A program made the position numbers and the translations under genes. A stretch of DNA of 64,000 nt, taken from assembly GCF_037042905.1 (NCBI RefSeq), contig NC_087256.1, positions 19,034,001 to 19,098,000 of the forward strand, written 5' to 3'. Of this stretch, positions 23,192 through 38,127 are shown in pieces. Source of the DNA: Lytechinus pictus. Taxonomy: Eukaryota. The notes under the pieces were generated by a model that worked only from the letters and a program-made list of their open reading frames with translations, made no database searches and was not told the DNA's origin. The first letter of the stretch is position 1, and each line of letters opens with the position of its first letter.

Positions 23192-26100
23192 GATTTGAAA
23201 GCCGTCCACGTTTCATTTTGAAAGATTTTTTCGATTGCAATAAAATTGTGAAAAAGGTTATTGCAAGTATTGAAAATAATAGTCATCAGGTTGTTCGTTT
23301 TATTTGTTTTATATCTACAACGAAGTTATAACTTAATCATTGTGGTTTAAACCTGACTTTTTTGTTTGTTTTCAGTCGAGGTGAAGCAAGTACGAGTGCG
23401 TAACAGAGTGATTAGTCATATTCATTTAACATGTTTAATAGAAATGCATAAAAAGACCATTATGTTAGGGGATGCATGAAATAAACAGCAAATTGGAAAG
23501 GTAATATTCACAGTAGCTTTAGGTAGATCAAGGAGTGATAATTGAAACCATGTGGTATAATCCTTCTTAATATTCTTATCTTCGGAACACATAATCTCTC
23601 AATACTGCAATGCGACTCGATATGAATATAGAAATCCTCATTGCAATCACATTTTGAAGAGATAATGTTGTTTCGGATTTAGGTAACAGATATTTAATAT
23701 TGCAGCATGACTTAATGACTTTACCTTAAACCTAATTGACAAGGTCTTATAAAATTGGGAAAATAGCTGTGGCTCACTTATGACTTGAAATATATCTTGA
23801 TTTTGTTTACTTTATTTTTGCTTACAGTCAAATTTTGCAGTGCTTGTATACCCACTCGTAGGATTTGTTTAATTTTAACGTCATTTTCATTACGTCACAT
23901 GTTAAGAAGGAAATATGAATACAGATAAAACAAAGCAGATCATGAAGATTATAAATTTTCATAAGAGTGTGATAAACTATAAAAATAATTATGTTTGTTC
24001 TGCATTTTAATCATCAACGTTGCAAAGAGAAATTTGTTCCTTCATTAATGAACCCGCGTCATCTTAACAATAGGAATGAGAAAATGTTTGCCACTGTTTG
24101 GTTTCATTATTTATTCTGCATTCATATACTATATTGTTTCCTATTTGATCCGAGGAATGCTCCAGCGCTTTTCCAAAATATTTTTCGCATGACTTTTGTT
24201 TTGTGTCTGATTTGTAGACCCAACATATTGAGTTAGATTTCTGCCCGCGAAAACAGTCAACAATTTGCAAGGTAACAAACGGTAAAAACAATCAGCGCGA
24301 GGGCGTTTTACAAGTACGATAGGAATTTCATTATTTACATCCAAAACCTGAAATACCATATACATGCAAATACAATTATCCACAAGAATGCCCATTGGGT
24401 GTTGGTGAAACCGGAGACCATATCCTTCGGTTTATTAATTTCATTTAGAGGTTTGGGATATTAAATTTGCGGATTTGGATTATAGTGCAGTAGCCACAGT
24501 ATGCATCGAGCTGATAGCAGATTAGTTTATCGATCGAAATAGACTTTGGCGCCGGTTAACAGTCGACAAGCATGTACTTTCATTGACCTGGTAGAGGCAT
24601 GCGGGATTCTTCGTCAACCTTTGCACTGAAACCAGTTTTAAAACATACTTTATACATAAGAATATAATATTCTGTATTGTAAACAGAGGGAAAGTGCCTG
24701 TTTGACTTTGGGCATTTGTACATTTTTTTTGTCTCTTGTGATAAAGAAATGCACAGGAACGTAGTCTTTGCACCACACTCTTATCAGGACGCATAATCTC
24801 ATTGCACCTATTGTGCGCTATATTATTGATGCTGATGTCAAGACCTGAATCGCTACCCCCCCCCCTCCCGCCATCCATGCTTGGGGCATACTTTATATAA
24901 ATATATATATATATTTATATGGACATGGGGCACACATATTACCCCAATTAGGATAATAACAACTCCCAACCAATCTTGTTACTCCCAAAGTCATATCCAT
25001 AAGGGAATCGTATTACCCCTATGCTGATACCGGTAATTTGATACACCTCAGTTGATACATTCCAACCCCTTATGATGTGGTATGCCTTTATTTACCCCAT
25101 CATCTCCTGGTATGCGCAATACACACCCCTACTAGTTCTAGGAAGATATAAGGTCCCAAGGTGTAAGGTGCGGTATTAGGAGCGTCCATTTGGCGTTTTA
25201 CTACGTACATCCTAATGCAAATGTACGGTCACTCGGCGATGATGATGGCGCCATTATGTATGCGTGCATGGAAGATGCGTGGATCGCATCACTGACTGTT
25301 ACTTCATACAGAATCCGTAATGTATGGAGCTCAATGCTTGGTAATGCTTTATCGCCGGGGTCGTTCATTAGGGTGTTTTTACAGCCACGCATGATACATT
25401 ATAGTAGTCCTTGCTTGTAAAAATGTTAATATAACTCCCGGATCTGTCTCTATAAACTGACGTGATTATATAAGACAGTAAATATCACAAAGCATGCGGC
25501 AAGTGATTATGATTTAAGGATGGATGTTTTTATTTCTTCATCAACGTGTTACATTCCACATTTATTTATCTTATTTTGTTGTAAATTATTTCCGTTCTCT
25601 TCCACTATAGATTCAGTAAACTGTTCGTTTATCACTAAGGTGTACTGAGTAAACATAGAACTTCTTCGAAATTTTGTTATTTCTAATACCTTGGAAGAAT
25701 ATTTACAAATAAATTGAGATCATATTGGTTGCCTTCATAGATGAATTAACAGATACAATATTGAGTATTAAATAGATTTGAATCGATATAGAAATAGTAC
25801 TGATATTTACTCAAATGAATTATTTAAAATTATGTAAATATATTCAAAGTACGTGTAAATTAGCATGAAAATGTTAATAAAAATTATGTTTAATATGAAA
25901 TTATAAAGGCTGCATATATCAAATCGAGTATGTATATTTCAAAAATCTAGATAGAATTAATTTGAACACATTATAGCAAATAGAATGCGAAAAGGAATTA
26001 TCCCGAGTATGTTTTAAAGTTGTTTATCTATGACGAGATGAGGAGATATTTGATTATTGACTAGAGTTTACTGGGAATGGATTGTAAATTAAACTGGAAT

Positions 26101-27199
26101 GTATAAAGAGTATGGCATGATCATCAGAAAATATTATATTTTTATAGTCGATGTACATAAATCAGGAGTAAATGATTTTAAATTGCACGTAAAATATTGT
26201 CTTATAGAGTCAATGTATGTTGTGTGTACTGTGCCGCTATAAGCTTTACCAAACGACTGTACTGTGAGCCTAGTCTTGAAATTTTATCACACATAGAGAT
26301 ATATATCTATGTTATCAAACGACTGTATTGTGAACCTAGTCTTGGTAATAAAAAAATCTATATGGCCTATAGGTAACAGTAAAAATAGTTATTAGATGTG
26401 CTGTGGTAAGATGGTCCCAAAAAAATAAAACAGTGAAAAAAGTGCTAATATTTATAACCAAATTATTTGTTCATGACAAATTGTTGATTTATAATTGTTA
26501 TATTTTCATAATAATACAAACTGGGAAATACACTGGTTTCTTTTCAATATTGATTGATTACAAAACAAGGCAAACTTTTGTTTTTAAAGGAAATCAATAT
26601 CAGCTACTCAGACATTCATTATTTATTGATAGCTTTCCAATTTCATGATATGATAATACAGCCTGGAACAAAAATAGAAAAATCCACATCGTAAATTGTT
26701 ACATTGCATTACATTCATTCAAACGCCTTGTATTCGAAGGAAATGTTTTGCATATCAAACTGGAAGCTAATTCAAGAGTTTGGACAAACAAAAACAGCAC
26801 CGATAGCTGGAAAAAAATAAATATTTTTCCCCAAAAGACAACTATTCAAAACGTATCTTTTCTGTTTATGGGAAATGTGTCATTGTTTACCGTGAAATAA
26901 CTTTGTAATTGTTCTCAAAATAGGAAAATGTGTCTGGCTTCGAGATTTAAATGTTTTAGAGTTGGGTAAGCGACATCCCATGAGATGTTTGTAATCATAA
27001 CTTCTATTCCGCGATGAAAAAACTCGAAGAGATAAAAAATAATGTAAATTTTCTCGAGTTATATCGTTTTGTTTGTATTTGGTAATGATCGGCTTATATA
27101 CCAGCTTGCTTCCTCTCGTCATTATTGTAATTCTGTTCCCCCATAAATATCCCACGATATACACAAATCATTAGCACCCACGTATGTTTTTCATGCGTT

Positions 27200-27426
27200 C
27201 ACTGTAAAGACTACGGTGTTAAATACACCAGAAATCTGTGTTCTGAGAGTACCACACCCTTTTGTGTTAAAAATACACCATGTATATGAAATTTGATTAT
27301 AACACCAAATATTGATATTGAGTGTTATAATGACACCAGTCGGTATTTATAGCACCATTGATTTAACACCAGTATAAAGTCCTCTCTAAACACCGGTGGT
27401 GAAGTTAACACCATTATTTTGCAGTG
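27200..27426. mobile_element. CACTG-ended MITE with repeated ACACC/GGTGT motifs
   Basis: CACTGTAAA...TTTGCAGTG termini. Related copies lie at about 32236-32474, 41220-41450 and 53993-54230. Confidence 0.6.
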
Positions 27427-29877
27427 CTTGTGTTAATTCTTTACCTCGGTGTTCCGTTCTTGTTAACATGTCATCAAACGGTGTAGCAATCAGGAGCAAG
27501 ATGTATCGCAATGATAAGATGTTACTTCAAAAATAAGATGTTAACTTATTAAAAATGAGAACAAATATTTACTATGTATTGCATTTTCAAATTATGTCGT
27601 AATGATAATGAAAAGCTAGTTAAAATATTACAGTGAATATTTATAAGCACGCAAATGTCTGATATTATTTAGCTGATATACTCAGTGCAAAATTAAACAA
27701 ATGATTTGACCCAATATGATAACTTGTGTTTTTGTGGTGTTTTTTTTTATTTGTACAAATCTGTTTTCTGTATTTTATGTGAGAATGTATGAAAGATGCG
27801 ATGACATAACACTTTATAAGTCAGCAAATGTATATTGGGAAGAAAAATGCAACAACATGATAAATATTTGAATAAACAAAATTTAGATACTATCCCACCT
27901 CAATTCCAAAACAAATTAAAACGTATATGATAATCATGATAACGAAATAGATAGATCTATTTGGAAAATTTACTCATACGGCAGTCTGATTATAAGGTAC
28001 TTTAGAGGATATGAAAATTCCAAAAATAAAATTGCCAAAAGTTAGTACATCGAAAATTTTAAAAAGTTGGTCATATTTTTTCAACAATGGTTTCTACGCT
28101 CTAGTAAGTACCAATTTTGCTTTAAATTGTCTTTTTGGCAGTGAAAAAAATAGAGAATAAGTATTAGCGAAAGTCCTTCCATGAAAATACATTAACACTT
28201 ATTGGTTAAAATAACATATTTATGATGAGCCCGAAACTAAATCGTAATTTTTTTCATACTGAATTAAAAAAAAAAAAATTGTTAATTTTTAAAAATAATT
28301 TGTAAGATTTTTACCTTTTTTGTTTTGGGTGTTACGAACCTTCATTAATACGACCATGACGTTTGTTATTTCGACCGATCCCTTTTACGAATTGATGATG
28401 CATTATGACAAAAATATGAGATTTTCTATAAGATTTTCAAATTACTTTATTCAGCATACATAAATATTGAATTAGGTAAAATCTCATTCATTTAGAACAG
28501 AGCCTGAATGATATATGATAAATTCACGATTTCCATTTCAAAGTATTAAAATTTCCTGTATATAAATTTTATGATAAAGGAACAATTATTCAGTCCGTAG
28601 CAATGACGTCATACTCATTTTTTTTCCTTATCAACGAACATAGAAATAGGACATTGAACTGTTAATTAATTAAGCCAACTCATCATGTTTATCCAACGTT
28701 AATCAATGCAATATCTATTTCTGATATAATCGCTAATTCTTCGAAAATAAATTGAGTTTGTTGGGTGTTCCTGTTTGGATCTGTTGGATACGGATGTAGA
28801 TCCGGGTTGAATTGTTTTATTATTCTTGTCTATCACATGTCTATTATGGTTGAGTGAAGATAAATTTATATTTGTGAGTGTGTGTTCGAGGGTGGGGGGG
28901 GGGGGGGGGGAGAAGGAGGCTATTGTGGTTTTTCAACCTAAAAATCATAAACAAAAATAATGTGTATTGCACAAATGCGATATTCCCCAAATTTATATCG
29001 GAAAATAAAGTGTGATTTACAAAATGTTTACATTTTCAAATACTAATGATCATAATACAATTATGTTCTTAAAGGTGTTTACATTATTGCCATTCGATAT
29101 GTCACACAAAAAGAGACAAAAAAGACAAATACAAATACAATTATAATGATTGCATATTTGAAATCTACAATAAGACAAACATGAGTTCATTAATGCAATT
29201 TTTTCTTTATGTTTATAAATTGAAAAACTATATAAGTAGAAAATAAGATCGAAATAAAACTACAAAATGAGAAATATTATTGATACTATTTTTGGGTCTC
29301 ATTTTTCTGGACTGTTGCGTGAAAAACAGATTATATTAATAATTAATTAATTATTTCAGCCACCATATGGCACTTACGAACGATTTATTCAACGGAAATA
29401 ATTTGGAATAAGTTCAGTTGATGCGTTTCTACTGAACTAAAAAAAAATCCAAGTTGAAAATAATTATTATAATATTGACAAAAATGAATTGAATTCTTCC
29501 TCTGTATTCAGTGCAGAATTATACAAAAAGCAAGGATCTCATTCTCATTCATATCGTTTCGGTGGCCATGCCGTAAGGGGTCTTTGGTAAAGGTTGATGC
29601 TATTTATGGCGTAAGAAAATAGAATAATGTAGCGCGAGCATTGTGGGAAAATCCGTTTGTAAACCCTTCTATTATAATAGACACCACGTAAGAGACGAAT
29701 CTAAAAGTTGGATATCACCGATCATAATAATAATTACCATTAAAAAATATCACTATTCAGAAACAAAATACCATTCTAATATGGTCCTCTTTGATTTGTT
29801 CATACCCAGCGGGAGATAATAAAAAGCCTACTTCTGACGATGCCTTATATTCCTCCCCATGCATCCTCCTACGGAGA

Positions 29878-29947
29878 GTTACCATGGTAACGGTACAAGA
29901 CGTACAAGTCGAACGATGCGAGGAGTACAGACGATGATGACGTCATC
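29878..29947. promoter_or_regulatory. Perfect RFX X-box and palindromic CRE
   Basis: GTTACCATGGTAAC (29878-29891) and GATGACGTCATC (29936-29947) in a CpG-enriched patch. Confidence 0.6.
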
Positions 29948-32235
29948 GCTTGATCGATAGCAGTGAAGATTTGCAGTCGCATAGCGTTGCATTTCAAACG
30001 ATAGCCAATTCTCTTTCAATACATCTGTGAACATCCATGTTCCATATGTTATTGCCTAATGATTATCATCGTCATTTCCTTTCCAGTGTGAGTATTATTT
30101 GATAATTTGTAAACATGTTTTGGTCGATATAGCTCATAAAAAAATGCCAGGGTAAAACATGTTTGAAAATGCAGCGATTATTAGGTTAGTACAATGACCG
30201 TCTTTTTGAATCTTATAATTACATTAAACAAGATTTTCAAGAGTTGAATAGCTAGCTGTTGATACTACAATCAAACTCTTATTCACAATGTGTAGGAGAC
30301 ATTTTTTCTCCATTTTATGAAAGCAACATCGATATAAAAGAAACAAGAAATGTATACAATGTTTGTTTTAATTTCATTAAAAAAAATCTTCGAAACTTTG
30401 TATGGTACTTGGATATACCATAAAAAGATTAATAATCTCTATTTTTTTTAGATTGCCACAAAAAAATACAAATTATAATATATTAAGAAATTCATCTTTT
30501 TCATTCTAATTTGGATAGGTCCAAATTTCAATCTTCTAGATTAACTTCTAATCTAAGGAATATGGAGAGTAACCATTCCATTGCGGAAAATATATAAAGA
30601 CAAGTTCTGATACAATATTGCTTACAAGTCATCCCAGTAAAATATACGATATGCCATTGACATTGGCATAAAAAACGAGTTGATTTTATTGCTTTTGCGC
30701 TCAGTGATAGGCAGGGTATCAAAACAGACGTGTACCGGACAGAATCCATCATAAAATATCAATCAAATTAAAAACGCTACTAAAGCATGACTCTTTTCTG
30801 CGCGCATAGAATAATGGAAATGAAGAAATTGAAATCTGAAAAATAGAGTTACAATGGTGTCGTTCCGATTGAAAGGTATTTATGTTCAAAAGTGTTTGCA
30901 TTTCAATCTATTTCAGTTATAGTTTCATAAATGAAATCTTGATGAAAATGAGAAACGGACCAAAAATGTGGATGGAATACCAAAATAATTATCATATTGT
31001 TTAGACTTTTGATTCAATGTTAATCGTTGAAGAAATCGTTAAAATAGTAATTCTTTTTTAACAGAAATTAATCAAAATCAATAGCATAGCTGAGAATCAA
31101 CTGAAAATTAAGAAATTTCAGGTAAACTAAGTGTAAGAACAAATCAACGGCCGTGTCGAAATATAACCACTTTTTATCGAACTCTGTAGGAATATCTTTA
31201 TCGAATTGTAGAAACTATATCGATAAAGAATTTTTTTTTAAATCCTCAAATATGATGTAAATTAGAACGTTCAACATTGGATGGTCTCTAATGTATGAAG
31301 AAGAATCTTTCCTTGAAACTAAATTTACTGAAACGTGCCAAAAATTTAGTCAACATCAACATTACTACTAAAAATACACCATATTTTCTTGGCCTATTTC
31401 TTATTAGTTAAATCACGAGGGAATTAGACCCCACATTTTCAAGGAGTGGAATTAGCTTGTCTAAGAGAGAGAATGAATTAGCTACAGTGTCGGTTTACGC
31501 CAGTTTTAATTTACGTTCATCACTGAAGATCAATTTGTCATAATTGGCTAAAATCTGTTCTTCCTGTCGAAGGCTTCTGCGTTCAAAACAATACAAAGTG
31601 GTTTGGTTTATGGCCAGGGGCAGGGGCGGGTCCAATGGTCCAAAGGGGGTTTGGGGTTGTGGCACACTTGTTCAATTTTTGTTTTGCAGAATTAATTGAT
31701 TTTCTAGAATGTTCGCCCCCAAAGAGATAATACTAATAACTACAAATCAAGCAATAAATGAAGAAAAAACATAAAAAAGGACTAAATTCAAATTCATAAA
31801 TTTATGAAATAGAAAGCTGTTACCCCAAAGAAAGGCGTTGTCTCCAATAAAAGAAAGTGAAAGGCAGCCCCCCCCCCCCAAAAAAAAAGGGGGGAAAAGG
31901 TTTTATTTCTTCAATAAAGTTATTTGGGGGGCGTACGGGAGGAGGGGCAAGTATTTTGTATCCCCCAACCGACGAATACCAAGGGATACATCGGAATTTA
32001 GACAAAGTATTTAATAGTTTACCCGACACAAGATCCAAAACGGATCAAAATGATCTTTGCTAAATAGCCCCACAAACTCCCACAAGCTGCTAACGATGCA
32101 TGTGATTGACTTGTTCCTTGAATTTTAACGCGATCAATTTTGTGGTTGATGACTGGGTTTTCTTCATATTAACACATAAATATAGCCATGTCATGGTTTT
32201 CTGCAAGTGAAGCCCTGTTGGGGCTCGGAGAGATA

Positions 32236-32474
32236 CATAGCAAAAAACTGTGGCGTTAACCGGTGTACATAGAGGACCACATCAGTTATTTTACACCGGT
32301 GTTAAATTGGTGGTGCTAGTTTTACACCTATAGGTGTTATTACAACACTTTGGTTGTTACGTTTACACTCTTTGGTGTTATGTTCAATCTCTAGGGTGTA
32401 ATTTTAACACCTCAGGGTGTGATCCTCTATTAACACCAACTGGTGTAAGTTTTAACACCACAGTATTTACAGTG
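32236..32474. mobile_element. MITE of the ACACC/GGTGT family
   Basis: Same internal motif array as 27200-27426, ending TTTACAGTG. Confidence 0.55.
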
Positions 32475-32625
32475 TAGTGATATCAAGAAGAATAAATACC
32501 CGATATACAATCTTAATGCTTTGAATTAATTCACTTTAAGAAAATATAATGTTATAGGCCTAAGCTATTAATTAGTAAACGGAGTTAGCCAATATATCTA
32601 AAATTATGTTTGACTATATACTTAA

Positions 32626-33227
32626 AGGTCAAGTCCACCCCAGAAACACGTTGATTTTAAGAAATAGCGAAAAATCAAACTAGTATAACGCTGAAAATTT
32701 CATCAAAATCGGGTGTAAAATAAGAAAGTTATGACATTTTTAAGTTTCGCTTATTTTTCACAAAACAGTGATATGCACAACTCAGTGACATCCAAATTGA
32801 CAGTCGATGATGTCACTCACTCACTATTTCTTTTGTTTTTTATTGTTTGAATTATACAATATTTCATTTTTTACAGATTTGACAATAAAGGCCAACTTGA
32901 CTGAATCATATAGTATTAAACAATGTTAATTCCACATGTTCAGGGAGGAATTAGTTGTTGTTTCACTTGTCAATGAGGAGAAATTTAGAAAATTTCATAT
33001 TTAATATAATAAAATGCAAAAGAAATAGTGAGTGGATGACGTCATCAGTTTCCTCATTTGCATATCGACCAGGATGTGCATATAACTGTTTTGTGAAATT
33101 AAGCGAAACTTTAAAATGTCATAACTTTCTTATTATTCATCCGATTTTGATGAAATTTTCAATGTTATGCTTGTTGGATTTTTATCTTTTTATTCAATTT
33201 AACTTTTTGTTGGGGTGGACTTGTCCT
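32626..33227. mobile_element. Non-autonomous Kolobok-like DNA transposon
   Basis: TTAA on both sides, AG...CT termini, TIR AGGTCAAGTCCACCCCA / TGGGGTGGACTTGTCCT, and long imperfect subterminal inverted repeats. Confidence 0.85.
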
Positions 33228-33460
33228 TTAAAGAGATAGAGCGTAAAGGGACTGTGACAGTTGAACATTTATGCCTGCGTATGTCGACCTGCTATAATTA
33301 TGACAAGCTATTTTCTGAAATCCATTTATTGACATCAAGAACTGCTTTTTGTTTACAATCCAAAATATTAAACCTTATAAACAATTTGAATTCTTGATAT
33401 TTTGCGTAGTTAAAAAGCGGTTCTTTTTAAGAATTTCGACAAAGAAACTACTGTAGTGTG

Positions 33461-33661
33461 CACTCTCAAAACAAATCAGTTAAAATGACTAGTTAATCGG
33501 TGCAACTGCTATTCTAGTCATATTTGACTATTTTCCAGTTGTATTTTACTAGAACAGAGTTATTTCTGACTAGAATATACGTCAGAAAATGTGACTAGAT
33601 AATGATATCAGATGCACCCAGCTGACTACTGATATAGTCAATATGACTGATTTGTTTGTGT
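33461..33661. mobile_element. CACT-ended MITE with repeated TGACTA motifs
   Basis: CACTCTCAAAACAAATCAGT...ACTGATTTGTTTGTG inverted ends. Confidence 0.5.
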
Positions 33662-34601
33662 GTCATATAGCCCGTCCAATAGCTTGACTAAACTTTTTGT
33701 TTTCAAAGGCATACTATTTTCTCTTCAAAACGACTTTTTTAAACAAAAGGATTAGTCAAGCTATTGGAAAATTTATCTAAACTAATCCCCCTTTAACCAT
33801 TGAAATCAAACACGGAATCGACACCAACACATAATATATAGACCAATTTTGAATGAAATTATTACAGTATATTACGATATTATTATATACCATACATTTT
33901 CAGGCGGTCTCACAACTTTTGCAAACTTATGGTATGTAGCTACAAGTTATATATTTGATAAAAATATAATGTTAGTAGCCTTTTTCTAAGCCTAAACTAC
34001 CTAAGTGGAAGACATATGGCTTTATCTGGGTTTTGAGTTGGTCGTTGTCCGTAGAACACAAAACAGCATATACCTGCGCACACAAATTCTGTAAAACGTC
34101 GATCATAATTAATTCCCCTTCAAAGGAATAGCACATTTTTGACAACCCTTGAAAGTTTGACTTTCCCGTTTACTGCCCCCACAAACAAACACACACACAT
34201 TCACCAATATTTTAAAGGGGAAAAAATCTAAAAACTCCTCTGTTAACATGACCAGAAACATTTTTTCCCCAACGGAAACAATGTTCTGCTATGAAATATA
34301 TAGATTGCCTATTTATTATGGGTGGTCAACCAACTCCACGGTCGAACCTCGTACTTTATGGTAATAGCAATCGGATAAAAATAATTAGCAAAAGTCAATT
34401 TGTGGGGGAGAGTAAAATCCACTCTGTATGCATATTGCCAAATGGCTTAGTTACGCCGACCTGTGTTTTGTCACTGTGTGTGTTAATCATTTGTTTTCTC
34501 GGTTGACGAGCAATTAGCGTTTTAGAAAGCCAACAATCGTCAATACTTCGACTGTCAATTATCGAAATTAAAATCTATGATGATCAGTAAAGGGTTCTCT
34601 G

Positions 34602-34885
34602 CATGGCCCTGGGAAGCGGGAGTGCTGGGGGTGAAGCACCCAAAAGATTGTCCTGGGGGTGCTGCGTGTATTATTTTCCATAGGCAGCATCCCCTGTAAT
34701 TCTGGTAGGTGTGGCAAAATGGAGGATCATAACGAAAAGGACCAACATTTGATAGTGAAAGTTTTTTTTTTTATTCTCCTTTTTGCTTATCTAATTTCTC
34801 GGGACCAAACTGATCATTTTGGAGTGAAAACATTTTCTTCTCAAATTTACATCAGCACCCCTTAAAAATCGCTCCCAGTGTCCTG
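34602..34885. mobile_element. hAT-like MITE, same family as the ends of 38467-40929, in opposite orientation
   Basis: Termini CATGGCCCTGGGA / TCCCAGTGTCCTG, TSD GTTCTCTG/GTTCTCTT, and GGGGGTGCT subterminal motifs. Confidence 0.75.
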
Positions 34886-35667
34886 GTTCTCTTGGTGAAA
34901 GAATGGCGTGAATAATTCATAAGTTATATTTTCCACAGCATGAATTTAATATTCATCAATATATTAGTACATTTCCTCCTTTGACGAAAAATGTCCTAGA
35001 GTACACAGCTAATCAATGATTAAACATGTCTCTGTGTGGTTATCAAAATCTAAATTATTAGACACTAATCATGTTTGCAAGAAGCAGTCTGAGTGCCTGA
35101 AAGTCTCATTAAGGAATTGCACATACATGCCCGCAACATGACTATTATGTTGGTTTCCCTGTGCAGATTTCTGGACATAAAACGAAACATAAGGGCATGA
35201 GCAAGAATATATTAATATGATTTAAGGGACGCCTAGTTTATGAAAGGGAGAAAATCCAAACCTGACCTAAACGTGCATGCATTAAGGAATAATGTATGAC
35301 GCGCAGATTTTAAGAGCGGCAGTGTGCAGTGATTTAGGAGGCCCCGACGAAAGGTTGCCAAAATATTACTCTAATAGGGTAGATAGGACAAAAGTGGCGC
35401 AATGAGCCAAAACGTATTGAGGCACGACATGGCATTTATGTGATTTTTTGGCCATTTTGAAATGAAAATCTTATTTTTTTAGATAGATATTGCATAATAT
35501 TCAACAAAATAAGAATGCAATGATATTCACTTTTTTCCTCTATTTTCTATTATTTTCTTTGAGGGCGGGTGGAGGGGGTATAAAGCCCCTAGAACCCTCA
35601 CCTGTACCCTAGTGTTGGCAATGTTTGAATAAAGGGAACGTATATATCAATTATATTTTTATTGATG

Positions 35668-35953
35668 CACTGTTAGAAAATGTATCCTTAAAATAAAAGA
35701 AGTTCTGCAGCAGAGTCTCGAGAATACCTGTAATCTTACCAGATTGCGTATAATCTTACAAGAAATTGGTATTTGGTGTATGGAACCTTACAAATTTCCT
35801 TTAATAAAACAGCCTTTTCCCCTTTTTAAACACACCTTTTCTGTTAAATTGCAGAAAATTCTTTTTTTATGCTTTTACAGAATGATTCTGTTATTGCTTT
35901 CTGCAAAATCTTCTGTTTTTTGTTCTGTAAAATCAGGTTTTTTTTTAACAGTG
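35668..35953. mobile_element. CACTG-ended MITE (EnSpm/CACTA-like)
   Basis: TIR CACTGTTAGAAAA / TTTTTAACAGTG and a 2-bp TSD TG. Confidence 0.7.
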
Positions 35954-37059
35954 TGTAAAGTGCTCACACTAGAATACTTTACAAGGTGAACGGGAATTAA
36001 AAAAATAATGTCGTTCTAAACTTATTTTTTCTTACGACTCTCTCAAGACCTTTAAAAGATATATGTTTTGAGTGTCATTATCAGAGGAGGCAGATTGGTT
36101 CGTCATAATGATAATGGAATTATCATGTGAGAATTATTAATGGACAGAATAGAAATCAAAGTAAACTTATTGCATTCTATTGAAACTGAATCAAATTAGG
36201 TATAACCTTTAGTTCAAGAACACAGCCACATTGATCAACTTGATTAGGCGATTCCATTGTGCATGGGTCTTTTTTCTGTCGAGAAACTACTGTTTTTTTT
36301 TTTCTAAATGCAATTCTCGTAATGAAAAGAGCCAAGGACAATGATTATCAGACGAGGGGAGGGTAATAGAATCGACTATAACATGGAAAGTTCAGATGAT
36401 AGTATTTATTATGACACAATGATGAAGGCTGCATTATGTGGGGCATGAATATGTCGTGCCAAGCTTCAGAAGTATTTGATATATTTTGTCTTCAGCTTGA
36501 CATTTCAGAATATGAAATAATCAAATTACATCTTCAAAAGGAGACAGAGTCACAGGCTATCTCGAGAAAATAGAGAATTATGGTAAATTATTAATGGAAA
36601 TAGATAAATAATTAATTCTAAAAATTAATAATAATAATATAGAGTATTTATAAAGCGCCGAATCCACATTGATTGTGCTCAAGGTACTGAGAAAAGGAAA
36701 TAAAAACAATTACATGGAGCAGGAAGAGACAAGGATAAAAGAAACAGTCATGACAATGCTATATAGACAATTAATATAGTTATTTCAAACATTAAGTGCC
36801 AAGGATCAACATGTTTTGAGTGGAGAAGAAAAACATGAAGAAAACGCACTCTCTGAATGATAACAAGCTCTAACAACAAAAGGATAATAGCAATATCGGT
36901 GATTATAGAAAAAAATAATTCGAACCCACATTGTAGTTATACAATAACTAAAACGAATCCCATGGGGGAAGAATGTGTGTGTAAGAATAGCAGCCACCTG
37001 TCTATATAGGCCATGTTTTGCGTTTCCCTTGAGTGGCCACTATAGATAGGTTTCACTGT

Positions 37060-37180
37060 ATAGTAGTAGCAGTCATGGTAGTAGTAGTAGTAATAGTAGT
37101 AGTAATAATAGTAGTAGTATAGTAGTAGTAGTAGTAGTAGTAGAAGTAGTAGTAGCAGTAGTAGTAGTAGTCATGGTATT
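37060..37180. repeat. (TAG)n microsatellite abutting an assembly gap
   Basis: Directly visible. The N run at 37181-37481 follows it. Confidence 0.9.
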
Positions 37181-37481
37181 NNNNNNNNNNNNNNNNNNNN
37201 NNNNNNNNNNNNNNNNNNNNNNNNNNNNNNNNNNNNNNNNNNNNNNNNNNNNNNNNNNNNNNNNNNNNNNNNNNNNNNNNNNNNNNNNNNNNNNNNNNNN
37301 NNNNNNNNNNNNNNNNNNNNNNNNNNNNNNNNNNNNNNNNNNNNNNNNNNNNNNNNNNNNNNNNNNNNNNNNNNNNNNNNNNNNNNNNNNNNNNNNNNNN
37401 NNNNNNNNNNNNNNNNNNNNNNNNNNNNNNNNNNNNNNNNNNNNNNNNNNNNNNNNNNNNNNNNNNNNNNNNNNNNNNNNN
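37181..37481. other. Assembly gap
   Basis: Run of N. Confidence 0.99.
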
Positions 37482-38127
37482 TAGCATCATTATCATGGTT
37501 ATTCGTTGGAATTACAATATCAGTTTTATTTTCATTAATATTATATCAAGAATGAATTTAAAACATACACAGCAAACATAATTATAATTGGGATTAGTCA
37601 ACAGTGTTCCTTAAAGTAAAGAATGTCTTAGATATATTATTCATAAAAAACCTCGTTCACAGCATTAATAAAATCCAAGCGCTACATTCTCTTATCAATG
37701 GTTATAAGAAAAATCTTAGAGTAATATTGATAAACCATTTCCAGCTCCCCTAGTATTTTTAAAAATGAATTTGAAATGTCAGGAGGAAGGAAGAGGGAGA
37801 GAGGGCGGGGGCATAGAGAGAGAAATGGATACAGAGACAGAGATGAGGTGAGATGGGGGGGGGGGGGGGGGTAAGAGCTACGAAAAGCCTACGAGGCACG
37901 TCAGTGAAATTCTGTAAGTTCTGACTGTCGTGGTTTACGAGGCGCCATTCTCGTATTAATTTATCAGAATAACCCTGCTGAGAATAATGAAAAAGAACCT
38001 TCATGTCTTTGCAACGCATTATTGAAAGTCATTATATTCATCACAATACCACACGTACCATTGTCAGACATTCTTCCAGATTGTTATAACAATTCCATTA
38101 CGTTATGTAACGACCATGCGAATGTCA

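Noticed and set aside
37053-37496. ORFs spanning N runs (also 56204-56461)
   Set aside because: Artefacts of assembly gaps and microsatellites.
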